A stretch of 64,000 nt of DNA from Candidatus Brocadiia bacterium (lineage in GTDB: Bacteria > Planctomycetota > Brocadiia > SM23-32), in assembly GCA_046483385.1 (NCBI GenBank), contig JAWODG010000220.1, positions 1,029 to 65,028 of the forward strand, written 5' to 3'. Below are positions 46,205 through 55,728 of the stretch, one piece after another (the stretch's first letter is position 1; every line of letters begins with the position of its first letter). The notes under the pieces were generated by a model. The model had not been told where the DNA came from. It was given only the letters and a program-made list of their open reading frames with translations, and ran no database searches. Both the position numbers and the translations under genes were made by a program.

Positions 46205-48406
46205 ATGCCCATGCAGGAGACGGGCCTCAGCTTCCGGCCTTACCTCAACGTCTGGATTCTGCTCGCCCTTGCCGTTATCCTGCTGGGGTTGGCCGTGCTG
46301 GCCTACCGACGCACCGGACGCCCCGTGGCGCGCCGCTACCGGCTGCTACTGCTGGGCCTGCGCTGCTCCGCCGTGCTCCTGCTTCTTGTTCTGCTGCTGC
46401 GTCCCGGCCTCGACACCGTGCAGTACGAGATCGTCAAGCGACCGCTGCTTCTGTTGATCGACGGCAGCAACTCGATGACGGGCATCAGCGACACGGCCTC
46501 GGGGGTGACCAGGCGGCAGGCGGTTGAGGAGCTGCTCGCCGAGTCCAGCGATGAGCTGGCCGACCTGCGGGCCGCCTACGATGTTCTGCAGATCGACTTC
46601 GCCCGCGGGCTCATCGAGTCCGACCTGCCCGAGCAGAGCCCGCAGCGCCGGAGCAGCGCCTACGGACTGGCCCTGCAACAGGCCGCCGCGGAGGTGGCCG
46701 GCGGGCAGGCGGATGCGCTCGTCGTCTTCGGCGACGGCTCTCACAACCACGGGCCGCCGGACCCGGTGGAGGTGGCCGCCGGGCTGGGCGAGCAAGGCAT
46801 CCCCGTCCACACCGTCGGCGTGGGGCAGGACGCCGCCACTGCTCAACTGCGCGACGTGAAGCTGGTCGAGGTGACCGCGCCCCGCTCGGTGCCCCTCTTC
46901 AGCCGGTTCCCGGTCAGGGCGGAGATACTCTGCCGGGGCGCTCAGGGGCAATCGGTCGACCTTCAACTGACCTACGCCGGCCGGGAGGTCCAGACCAAAA
47001 CCGTGCGCATATCGCACCCGGAAGAGACCGTACCGCTGGAGTTCGAAGTCGTGCCGGAGGAAGAAGGAGACTTCAAGCTGACCGTGACGGCCACCCCCCT
47101 GCCGGACGAACTGCTGGAGTCGAACAACGCCGCCAGTGCATTCGTGAAGGTCATAAGGGAAGGTCTGACGGTGGGGTACTTCGACGTGCTGAGGCCGGAG
47201 AGCAAATTCCTGGCCCGGGCCATGACGGGGGCTGAGCAGTTGCAGGCGCGCCGCGTTCTGGTGCTGCCGGGACGCAAGCTGCCCGAGCCGGCCACGGAGA
47301 TGGACAGATACGACGTGGTCGTGCTGGGCGATGTGCCGCCCGACGCCTTTCTGCCAAGCCGCATACTCGAACTGAAGCGCCGCATCCAGCAGGAGGGTAA
47401 AGGATTGGTGGTGCTGATGGGCCCGGACGCATGGCGCAGTGATGGCTGGGCCGACACCGCTCTGGCAGATGTGCTGCCGGTGCAGTTGGGTGCATCACCT
47501 CGATACGTGGAGGGGCAGCGGCGGTGGATCGTGGACGAGCGGCTCGCGGACCACCCGGCCGTCGCGCTGGAAGCAGACCCCCAGCAGGCTCTGCGCGCAT
47601 GGTCGCAGATGCCCCCGGTCAACGGCGTGTTCGTGGGACCGACGCCCCGCCGGGGGGCCACCGTGCCCGCCACGGACGCGGACGGCAATCCCCTGCTGGT
47701 GGTGCACCGGTCCGGCCAGGGGCGTGTGGCCTGCGTGCTGACCGACACGACGTTCCGCTGGTTCTTCACCGAACGCGAGACGCAGGATTACCATCGCCGG
47801 TTCTGGCGGCAGCTTCTGCTGTGGGCCTCCGGCCGGGCCGGAGAGGAGGAGACGCGCGTGCGCCTCGAGCTCAACAAGCGGCGCCTGCTGCTGGAAGAAC
47901 CCTTGACCCTGCAGGTAACCGTGCAGGAACCGGACGGGCAGCCTGTGCGAGACGCCACGGTAGAGGTGCAGGTGGAGACCCCGGAAGGCACCACGGAGTC
48001 GCTGGGGCCCGCCTTCTCACGCGAGCGGGGCGGCTACACCGACACCTATTCCCCGCCAATCGAGGGCGACTACACCGTCACGGCGCAGGCCCGGCGCGAA
48101 CAAGAGGTGCTGGGAAGCGACCGGGCGCTCTTCCGTGCCACCGGCGCCAACCCGGAGCTGGAAGACCCCATCGCCGACCTCAAACTGCTGCGCCGGATGT
48201 CGGCCGCCACCGAGGGCGCCGGCGGGCGTTATTACTCCTACCTGCAGGCAGGGGACCTGTTCCGCCGCCTGGCGGAAGCCGGCGAACCGCTGAAGCTGAC
48301 GACCCGCCGTCGGCGTGACATCTGGGACGACTGGCCCACCTTCCTCCTGCTGGCCGCCCTGCTGGCGGGCGAATGGACACTGAGAAAAAGGAAGGGGCTG
48401 ATATGA
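46205..48406 (+). CDS. Membrane protein with vWA-like and glutamine-amidotransferase-like domains
   Basis: Two N-terminal TMs, IDGSNSM MIDAS, GDGSHN, IPVHTVGVG, YDVVVLGDV, GQGRV..TFRW...RFWRQLLLW, C-terminal GEWTLRKRKGL. Confidence 0.75.
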   Translation: MPMQETGLSFRPYLNVWILLALAVILLGLAVLAYRRTGRPVARRYRLLLLGLRCSAVLLLLVLLLRPGLDTVQYEIVKRPLLLLIDGSNSMTGISDTASGVTRRQAVEELLAESSDELADLRAAYDVLQIDFARGLIESDLPEQSPQRRSSAYGLALQQAAAEVAGGQADALVVFGDGSHNHGPPDPVEVAAGLGEQGIPVHTVGVGQDAATAQLRDVKLVEVTAPRSVPLFSRFPVRAEILCRGAQGQSVDLQLTYAGREVQTKTVRISHPEETVPLEFEVVPEEEGDFKLTVTATPLPDELLESNNAASAFVKVIREGLTVGYFDVLRPESKFLARAMTGAEQLQARRVLVLPGRKLPEPATEMDRYDVVVLGDVPPDAFLPSRILELKRRIQQEGKGLVVLMGPDAWRSDGWADTALADVLPVQLGASPRYVEGQRRWIVDERLADHPAVALEADPQQALRAWSQMPPVNGVFVGPTPRRGATVPATDADGNPLLVVHRSGQGRVACVLTDTTFRWFFTERETQDYHRRFWRQLLLWASGRAGEEETRVRLELNKRRLLLEEPLTLQVTVQEPDGQPVRDATVEVQVETPEGTTESLGPAFSRERGGYTDTYSPPIEGDYTVTAQARREQEVLGSDRALFRATGANPELEDPIADLKLLRRMSAATEGAGGRYYSYLQAGDLFRRLAEAGEPLKLTTRRRRDIWDDWPTFLLLAALLAGEWTLRKRKGLI

Positions 48407-48969
48407 GCCGCCGACGCGCCGTATTCCTGGATCGCGACGGGACGCTCATCGAGGACGTCGGCTACCTGAACCGGGCCGACCAGTTGCGAGTACTGCCGGG
48501 GGTGCCCGCTGCTTTGCGTGATTTGCGCGCGGCGGGGTTTCTGTTGATCGTGGTAACCAACCAGAGCGCCGTGGCCCGGGGATGGCTGACAGAGCCGAAG
48601 CTCTGCGCCATCAACCAGCGCCTGAACGCGATGCTGCGCGCGGAGGGGGCCGGACTGGACGCCTTCTACTGCTGTCCGCACCTGCCCGATGGAACCGTCC
48701 GGCGGTACACGCACGAGTGCGAGTGCCGCAAGCCTCGGCCGGGGCTGCTGCTCAAAGCAGCGGACGAATGGGGTATCGATCTTGAGCGTTCCTACGCCGT
48801 GGGGGATTCGGAGCGCGACGTGGTGGCCGGCAACCGCACGGGGTGCCACACCATCCTGATAGCGGAAGGTTCGACCGGCTTGCCGGACAGCGCGGCCGAC
48901 GAGTGTGCGGCCGACCTGGCGGAGGCGGCGCACCTGATTCTGCGGAGAGAGGGTCGCGAATTCGACTGA
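48403..48969 (+). CDS. gmhB: D-glycero-D-manno-heptose 1,7-bisphosphate phosphatase (HAD)
   Basis: AVFLDRDGTL, VVTNQS.VARG, CPHLP..CECRKPRPG, VGDSERD. Confidence 0.9.
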   Translation: MSRRRAVFLDRDGTLIEDVGYLNRADQLRVLPGVPAALRDLRAAGFLLIVVTNQSAVARGWLTEPKLCAINQRLNAMLRAEGAGLDAFYCCPHLPDGTVRRYTHECECRKPRPGLLLKAADEWGIDLERSYAVGDSERDVVAGNRTGCHTILIAEGSTGLPDSAADECAADLAEAAHLILRREGREFD

Positions 48970-48972
48970 TGC

Positions 48973-50778
48973 TCAACGGTACGACGGCTGGGGCTTCATG
49001 GTGGGGTCCTTCATGAAGCTCTCGTCGATGGTCTCCATCTGGATGGGGGCTCTGTCCATATCCTCGACCTCGGCCAGCATCTCCTCGACCTTCTCCCGAC
49101 CGACCTCGGCCACCAGTTGGGACCTCAGGTTGTCGTGGACTTCATCCGGGATTCGCCCGACGCGCCCCGCCAGTATGTCCACCATGGCCGCCTGCTTAAT
49201 CTCATTAACGCGGATCAGACCGCGCAGGTTGTCGTGTTCCTCGGGATCGAACCTTTCTGCAAAGACGCGGGCCTCCTGCTCGATGGCGGCGGCCTTGTCC
49301 AACTCGCCGTATCCGCGGTAGAGCAGCGAACGCACCAGGAATCCGTAGGTCATCCGGCGTGCCTGGCTGAAGGTCATGGAAGCTGTGTGCTCTTCGAGTT
49401 GGTCCTCCAAGAAAGCATCGTAGGTCCACTTTCCCATCTTCTCGGGGAACTCCTCTTTGAGCAGATGGAAGTACTCGCGCGATTTCTCGTTGTCGCCCAT
49501 GAAGTGGAACTCGATAACACCCCGGATGAGGAAATTGCCGTAGCCAGTGATGACGCCCCCCGTATAGCGCGATCCCCAGGTCTCCAGGGCCCGCTGGAAG
49601 AACTTAAGAGCGGCGTCGGCGAAACGGTAGTCGGTCCCCCAGGTATAAAGCACGTTGCCTTCCGAATCGGACAGCATGCGGCCGTGGGCCACCAGGTTCT
49701 GCAGCGAAGCGTAGATGACCCGCTCAAGCTGCACGCGCTCATATTCGTATATCGTCTCCTTGTCGCCGTAGTGCTCGTCCAGATCCTCACGCGCGTAAGG
49801 CTCGGGCAGCCCGAACTCATCCACGGCCTTGTAAAGGCGCTCCTCCCTTGCCGCCAGTTTCTCCAGGCCTCTGGAAGCCCAGTAGATGGCGTGGGGGAAG
49901 GGACTGCGCCAGTCGAAGGGGCCGTACCGGTCCATCAGCGTGAGCATGTACTGCGGGTCCATCGAATACTCTTTTCTGAGTTCGCGGGCCCGGGCGAAGG
50001 CGGCCACTTTGTCCAACGCCTCACGGTTGAACGGCTGCTCGACAATCTTACGCACTTCCTCCCGCACGTTCTCCCGGTCGCGGAAGAGCTTGAAGAAGCT
50101 CCCCACGATGTCGAAGCCGTATTGTGCACAGTCATTCACGAACCGTCTGACGTCATCGTCCCTGAGGAGCTCTTCGCGGGTCTCCGGCGCCTCGATGAAC
50201 TTGCGCAACGTTTCCCGGCTGCCCCCTCCACCGAACAGGACGTGCATCTCCTTGGCCAGTTCCCGCTTGTAGAACATGTGGGCGTAGTCGTCTTCCTGGC
50301 CGATCTTGTGCTGGATCATGAACGCCAGGCTGAAGTAGAGGTCCACCGCGTTGGGGTTGGCCGGTATGCCTTCGTCCCGAAGCAGCTCAATGCCGCTGCG
50401 CACCCAGGCCCACCGGTCAACCAGCCAGTCCACCTGGCTGCTCACGTTGTAGGCCATGTTCCAGCTCTGGATGTCCCACACTTCGGGGATGCGGGGAGCC
50501 AGCTTGCAGGCCCAATCGGCCAGTTGCACCAGTTCGAAGAAGCGGCCCTGCTGCTTGAGCGCCTCCATGCGAATCCACACCACGTCTATGATGATCCCGC
50601 GCGCCCAGCCCAGCACCTGGGTTGCCATGGCCAGCTCCGGGCTGATGCCCTTCACCGGCTCGTTGGACAAGTCGTATCTGCTGCGCATCTGCTGCATCGG
50701 CACGATGGCCATACTGGTTCCGACCAGCAGCGCGAGGGCGAGCAACGAGAGAAGCAGTCTTCTGATTCTTGTATGCAC
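48973..50778 (-). CDS. Conserved hypothetical membrane-anchored helical protein
   Basis: N-terminal TM/signal, LGWARGIIIDVVWIR, FFELVQLADW..KLAP, WNMAYNVS, GIELLRDEGIPANP, YGPFDWRSP..HAIYW; last gene of the ABC/SPFH operon. Confidence 0.8.
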   Translation of the reverse strand: MHTRIRRLLLSLLALALLVGTSMAIVPMQQMRSRYDLSNEPVKGISPELAMATQVLGWARGIIIDVVWIRMEALKQQGRFFELVQLADWACKLAPRIPEVWDIQSWNMAYNVSSQVDWLVDRWAWVRSGIELLRDEGIPANPNAVDLYFSLAFMIQHKIGQEDDYAHMFYKRELAKEMHVLFGGGGSRETLRKFIEAPETREELLRDDDVRRFVNDCAQYGFDIVGSFFKLFRDRENVREEVRKIVEQPFNREALDKVAAFARARELRKEYSMDPQYMLTLMDRYGPFDWRSPFPHAIYWASRGLEKLAAREERLYKAVDEFGLPEPYAREDLDEHYGDKETIYEYERVQLERVIYASLQNLVAHGRMLSDSEGNVLYTWGTDYRFADAALKFFQRALETWGSRYTGGVITGYGNFLIRGVIEFHFMGDNEKSREYFHLLKEEFPEKMGKWTYDAFLEDQLEEHTASMTFSQARRMTYGFLVRSLLYRGYGELDKAAAIEQEARVFAERFDPEEHDNLRGLIRVNEIKQAAMVDILAGRVGRIPDEVHDNLRSQLVAEVGREKVEEMLAEVEDMDRAPIQMETIDESFMKDPTMKPQPSYR

Positions 50779-50797
50779 TGTTGTATCGGCCTCCGGC

Positions 50798-52498
50798 TCA
50801 CACGATTAGGCGGGCCAGTTCCCTGCGGGTGTAGAAGTAAAAGGCGATTCCCATGGCGATGCCGCCCTTGATGAACAGCAACACGGCGCTGGATTCGGCG
50901 ACGCGACCCGCCGAAACCATCCGCCCGTTCACCAGATCTCCCAACGGGTTGAAGCTGCCGAAATTGGGCATCACCGCCACCACCGCGCCCGCGAACAGTC
51001 TCCATGCCTGGTCCAGGTAGACCGTGAACGTGGTGAGCTTCGCGTAGATGTTGGGCTCCACGAAGTTACTGTGGAACCAGGACGCCAGCATGCCCCCCAC
51101 GAACAGACAGAAGACAACCAGACTGGCCACCGGGAAACTGAACAGCGAACCGGCCATCAGCCCCAGCGCCGCCAGCAGCCCCACGTGGAACATGATCATG
51201 ACGAGCGATCTGTAATAGTTGGGCAGAAAGCCCTCCTCCTTCTGCAGCACCTCGATGGGACTGTCGACGTCAAAAGCCACGGTGCCGGGCGTCATACTCT
51301 CGAACGCCAGATACAGCGTGCCGTCTCGCTGGACGAATCGCCCCGGGATTGCGATCTCGTGGAAACGGTTGCTCTGCCAGCCGCCCGGCGGAGAAGCCAC
51401 GCGGAAGGAGGTGCGGTGGAGTTCGTACCGGGGTTCCTCCTGCCCGGCATTGCCTTCCTTCTCCACCATGATCAGCGGGTAAAATCGCCCCACGGTGCGC
51501 GGTGCGCCAAAGGCGAAGGGCCTGAACCTGACCTGCAGGGGATCACGGTTCTCGGGCGTGCGCTGCTCCTGGGGGTCCAGCCCGGAAAAACGCCACAGGA
51601 TGCGCGGACGCTCCGGCGTTACGCTCTGGCTCTGCTGCTGCTTCTCCTTGATGAGACGCTGCCGGTAGCTGTGCACCGCCATTGGTCTCTCTTGTTGCTC
51701 CAGCCATTCACGCGTCTTGCGTTCAATCTCCTCGTCGGGGCCCGGCAGGGGCGCCTGCACGGCTTTGCGGGCGGTGAACACCTCCTGCTCGATCCGCTGC
51801 CGCTCCGCGACGGCCAGCTGCTTCTCCTCCTCGGTCATCGTGCTGTAGTCCGGCTCCCGCACCATGTAGCGCACCAGCCCGTACGTAGCGCCGGTCATCA
51901 CGGCCAGCGACGCTGCGCACAGTATGAACACGCCGAACCACTTGCCCAGCAGGAACTGCCACCGGTGAAGTGGTTTCGTATCCGTCACGTTAACATGCTG
52001 CCGCTCCACCTCCGAACAGATGCTGGCCGTAGTGAGGAATATGGCAACCAGCGAAAGCAGCACCAGCGCAAGCGACAACGAGTAGAGCAGCACCAGTTGC
52101 ACCTGGCTTTTCAGGCTCCCCTCCGTTTTGAGAACGAAGGGCAGGGATGGCATCAGAACGATGAAGAAGAGGAAAAGGACGACGACCACCTTACGGTTCA
52201 TGGCCTCCATGATCAGCTTCCGCGCGACGGCCCAGATGGGCTCCCAGTGACGCAGGATCACATAGACCGCCACTCCGACGCCTAACAGACACAGCATCGC
52301 GGCTGCTGTCGTGGTCCAGTGGATGCCGAGGGCCCGCACGGCCGCGCCCGGGTCCTCGCCCAGCGTGACGAGGTATTTGTAGGCCGACCATGCGATCTGC
52401 ACCACCAGAGGCACCAGCGCCAGCAGGAACAAACCGAGCAGGATCTCCGGAACACGGCGCCGGAACCACTCCCAGACCTGGCTAATCTTGTCTCTCAT
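50798..52498 (-). CDS. ABC transporter permease (ABC-2 type) with large extracytoplasmic loop
   Basis: Multiple TMs, SICSEVERQ....DTKPLHRWQFLLGKWFG, C-terminal YFYTRREL. Confidence 0.85.
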   Translation of the reverse strand: MRDKISQVWEWFRRRVPEILLGLFLLALVPLVVQIAWSAYKYLVTLGEDPGAAVRALGIHWTTTAAAMLCLLGVGVAVYVILRHWEPIWAVARKLIMEAMNRKVVVVLFLFFIVLMPSLPFVLKTEGSLKSQVQLVLLYSLSLALVLLSLVAIFLTTASICSEVERQHVNVTDTKPLHRWQFLLGKWFGVFILCAASLAVMTGATYGLVRYMVREPDYSTMTEEEKQLAVAERQRIEQEVFTARKAVQAPLPGPDEEIERKTREWLEQQERPMAVHSYRQRLIKEKQQQSQSVTPERPRILWRFSGLDPQEQRTPENRDPLQVRFRPFAFGAPRTVGRFYPLIMVEKEGNAGQEEPRYELHRTSFRVASPPGGWQSNRFHEIAIPGRFVQRDGTLYLAFESMTPGTVAFDVDSPIEVLQKEEGFLPNYYRSLVMIMFHVGLLAALGLMAGSLFSFPVASLVVFCLFVGGMLASWFHSNFVEPNIYAKLTTFTVYLDQAWRLFAGAVVAVMPNFGSFNPLGDLVNGRMVSAGRVAESSAVLLFIKGGIAMGIAFYFYTRRELARLIV

Positions 52499-53720
52499 CG
52501 TCCTCCGCGTCCCGGCTCGAATCGTCCATAAGTTCGCTCAACACGTCGTCGCGCACGCCGGCTGAAGGTTCGACCGCGGTCCGGGGCTCCTCCTCGCCGG
52601 TCTCCTGTTCGGCGGGCTCCTCCTCGCCTGTCTTTTCGGATGCTCCCATCCGCATGAGGTCTTCGATCAGTTCCCTGTCGCCCTCCACGGGCAGGGCGGA
52701 GGCGGGCTCCTCGGCCGTTTCGGCGCCCGCTTGCCTCTCCGCTTCCAGACCGGCGCTGACCAGGTCCTCGACCAGCTTCTCGCCCTCACCCTCGCGTTCG
52801 CCCAGGAATGCAGCCGCCCCCGCACCGACCTCGGCACCCGCGGTGGCCAGGCGCTCCCGGCGTGCCTCCTGCACAACCTGCAGGAAGAACTCCTCCAGCC
52901 GCCGCGTGGGCGCGCTGACCTCCACGGGGCCGTCCTGCCCCACGGCTTTGCGGATGGCGGCCACAACTTCCTCCACCGCGCCCGCCTCCATGCGGGGAGC
53001 CCGAATCTGAGTCATCTCCTCGGCGGTCAGAAGCTCCTCGACGGTGCCCAACGCACGTCGCTTGCCTCCGTAGAGGATGCAGATCCGGTCGCAGATTTCC
53101 TGCACGTCGGCCAGCAGGTGACTGCAGAGGAAAACCGTCTTGCCCCGATCGCGCAGGGTCAGGATCAGGTCCTTCATCTCCCGGGCGCCCACCGGGTCCA
53201 GGCCCGTTGTCGGTTCATCCAGTATCAGCAGGTCGGGGTCGTTTATGAGCGACTGGGCCAGCCCTATCCGCCGCGCCATGCCCTTGGAGAACTCGCCCAG
53301 GGGCCGGCGGCGCGCCCGCTTCAGTCCCACCATGTCGATGAGCGCCTCCGTGCGCCGTTCCCGCTCCTTGGGAGCGAGTCCGAAGAGCCGTCCGAAGAAG
53401 TCCAATGTCTCCTCGGCGTTCAGGTACGAGTACAGGTGGGACTCCTCCGGCATGTAGCCGATGCGCTTCTTGATGTCCACGTCCCGCGGGCCTTTGCCGA
53501 ACAGGCGGATGGCGCCCCGCGTGGGGAACAACAGCCCCAGCATCATCCGCACCGTGGTGGTCTTTCCGGACCCGTTGGGGCCCAGAAGGCCGAACACCTC
53601 GCCCTGCTTGACCTCCAGGTTCAGGCCGTCGACGGCCTTAACGCGTTCGCGCCCCCAGAAGCCCCGGAACACCTTGGTCAGCTCGATAAGCTCCAGGACG
53701 GTCTCATTGGTCACTGGCAT
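52482..53720 (-). CDS. ABC transporter ATP-binding protein with acidic C-terminal extension
   Basis: GPNGSGKTT, FSKGMARR, LILDEPTTGLDP, CSHLL. Confidence 0.95.
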   Translation of the reverse strand: MPVTNETVLELIELTKVFRGFWGRERVKAVDGLNLEVKQGEVFGLLGPNGSGKTTTVRMMLGLLFPTRGAIRLFGKGPRDVDIKKRIGYMPEESHLYSYLNAEETLDFFGRLFGLAPKERERRTEALIDMVGLKRARRRPLGEFSKGMARRIGLAQSLINDPDLLILDEPTTGLDPVGAREMKDLILTLRDRGKTVFLCSHLLADVQEICDRICILYGGKRRALGTVEELLTAEEMTQIRAPRMEAGAVEEVVAAIRKAVGQDGPVEVSAPTRRLEEFFLQVVQEARRERLATAGAEVGAGAAAFLGEREGEGEKLVEDLVSAGLEAERQAGAETAEEPASALPVEGDRELIEDLMRMGASEKTGEEEPAEQETGEEEPRTAVEPSAGVRDDVLSELMDDSSRDAEDDERQD

Positions 53721-53731
53721 AAAAGGTCACC

Positions 53732-55708
53732 TCAAGCGGCAACTGGAACTGGTTTGCTCTCGTCAACGGTCGTCCCTGAGTACGGCGACAGGTTTTCGCC
53801 AAACCGGACGAGCCGTGCGCTGTTGAAGATCACGATAAACGAACCCACGTTGTGCAGGATGGCCGCCATCACGGGCGTCAGCAGGTTCATGCTGGCCAGC
53901 ACGAGTCCCCCGATGACGAAAATGGCCGCGAAGATGAGGTTCTGCATGATCACCTTCCGCAGCCGTCGCGACAGCCGGACCAGGAACGGCAGGCGCCCCA
54001 GGTCCTCGGTCATCAGGGCAATCGAGGCGCTGTTGATGGCCACGTCGCTGCCAGCGGCGCCCATGGCGATACCCAGGTCGCCGGCGGCCAGTGCGGGCGC
54101 GTCGTTGACGCCGTCGCCAACCACGGCCACCGTATGGCCCTCCTCCCGCAGCATCTCCACCAACCGCAGCTTCTGTTCGGGCAGACACTCGCCCTGCACG
54201 TCGGTGCAGCCCAGTTCCGCAGCCACCTTTTTGGCTACGGGCCAGCGGTCTCCGGTCAGCAAGGATACCCTGCGCACGCCAAGTTCCTGCAATTCTCCGG
54301 TGGACTGCTGCGCCTCCGGCCGGGTGCGGTCTTCCAGGCCGATCCAGCCGATGCAGCGGCCGTTTTTGGCCACGTAAAGTGTGCTCATCGCACCCGTAGC
54401 CTCGCGGTGCTTCTCGCTGCGAATGCCGCCCAGGTCCACGCCGTGATCCTCCAGGAAGCCGGCCCGGCCCATGACGATTTCGTCCTCGCCCAGACGGCCG
54501 ACCACGCCTTTGCCGGGCGTCTCGCGGAAGTCCTGCACGTTCTTCAGCGCCACGTTGGCCTTACGGGCGACCTTGGTCACTGCCAGGGCCACCGGGTGCC
54601 GGGAGTGCTCCTCCACGCTGGCGGCGGCCTCCAGCAGTTCCACGCCTTCCACATCCTCGGCCGGCACCATGCGCGTAACCGTCAGTTCACCCGTCGTCAG
54701 AGTTCCCGTCTTGTCGAACACCATGGCGGTCACGTCCCCGGCGACCTCCAGATGGGCCACGTTCTTTATAAGGATACCCAGGCGGGCCGCGGCGGAGAGG
54801 CCGGCCACCATAGCCGTCGGAGTGGCCAGCACGAATGCGCACGGACAGGCGATGACCAGCACGGCGATGGAACGCTCCGGATCGCCGGTGAACACGCCCA
54901 CGATGACTGCAATCATCAGGACCACGGGGGTGTACCAGGCGGCGTAGCGGTCGATAAGCTGCATGAACTGCGTCTTGGTGCCCTCGGCGGCCAGTATCAG
55001 TCGTTTCACCTTGCCCAGGGTCGTATCCTCACCCACGCGGGTAACTTCCACTTCCACCGACCCGGTCAGGTTGTTGGTGCCGGCGAAGACCTCCTCGCCC
55101 TCCACCTTATCGGCGGGGACTGATTCACCGGTGATGGTGGCCTCGTCTATCGTGGTCTCGCCCGTGCGGATGAGGCCGTCGGCCGGAATCCGGTCGCCCG
55201 GCCGCACGCGCACCCGGTCGCCCGGTTTCAACTCGGAGACCGGCACTTCCTCTCCCGAGACCAGTTCCGCAGTGGGGGGAGTGAGCGTCATCAGCTTTTC
55301 GACCGACTCTCGGGCCCCGGCGGCCGTCTGCTCCTCGATGAGCGTGGCCAGCAGCATGAAGAACGCCACCAGCCCGGCCACTTTGTAGTCCCCCAGTGCG
55401 AAGGCTGCGATGACGGCGACCGCCACCAGCACCGTCATGTGCATGCGCCCGCGCCGCACTTCCTGCAGGGCGCCCATGATGATGGGCGTGGCCAGTATGA
55501 CGGCCCCTATAAACGCGCTGATGGCACCTATGGCCTCTTTATCGGGGAAAAGGACATAGTGCGCCAGGTAGGCGTTCAGCACTATGACGAAACCGATGAA
55601 GGTAACGACGAGCCGGCTTTGAACCGAGCCGACGTGCTCGTGGTCCAGTCCCTGGGAATGCGATGTCGCGTGGTCAGACACTGTCTTTATCCTCCTATTC
55701 GATGCCAT
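53732..55708 (-). CDS. Heavy-metal-type (P1B) P-type ATPase
   Basis: TGES, IACPCA, DKTGTLT, SRHP, LLTGD, GDGVNDAPALA; short His-containing N-terminus and no CxxC metal-binding domain. Confidence 0.95.
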   Translation of the reverse strand: MASNRRIKTVSDHATSHSQGLDHEHVGSVQSRLVVTFIGFVIVLNAYLAHYVLFPDKEAIGAISAFIGAVILATPIIMGALQEVRRGRMHMTVLVAVAVIAAFALGDYKVAGLVAFFMLLATLIEEQTAAGARESVEKLMTLTPPTAELVSGEEVPVSELKPGDRVRVRPGDRIPADGLIRTGETTIDEATITGESVPADKVEGEEVFAGTNNLTGSVEVEVTRVGEDTTLGKVKRLILAAEGTKTQFMQLIDRYAAWYTPVVLMIAVIVGVFTGDPERSIAVLVIACPCAFVLATPTAMVAGLSAAARLGILIKNVAHLEVAGDVTAMVFDKTGTLTTGELTVTRMVPAEDVEGVELLEAAASVEEHSRHPVALAVTKVARKANVALKNVQDFRETPGKGVVGRLGEDEIVMGRAGFLEDHGVDLGGIRSEKHREATGAMSTLYVAKNGRCIGWIGLEDRTRPEAQQSTGELQELGVRRVSLLTGDRWPVAKKVAAELGCTDVQGECLPEQKLRLVEMLREEGHTVAVVGDGVNDAPALAAGDLGIAMGAAGSDVAINSASIALMTEDLGRLPFLVRLSRRLRKVIMQNLIFAAIFVIGGLVLASMNLLTPVMAAILHNVGSFIVIFNSARLVRFGENLSPYSGTTVDESKPVPVAA

Positions 55709-55728
55709 CGCCGGGGCGACCGCAATCC

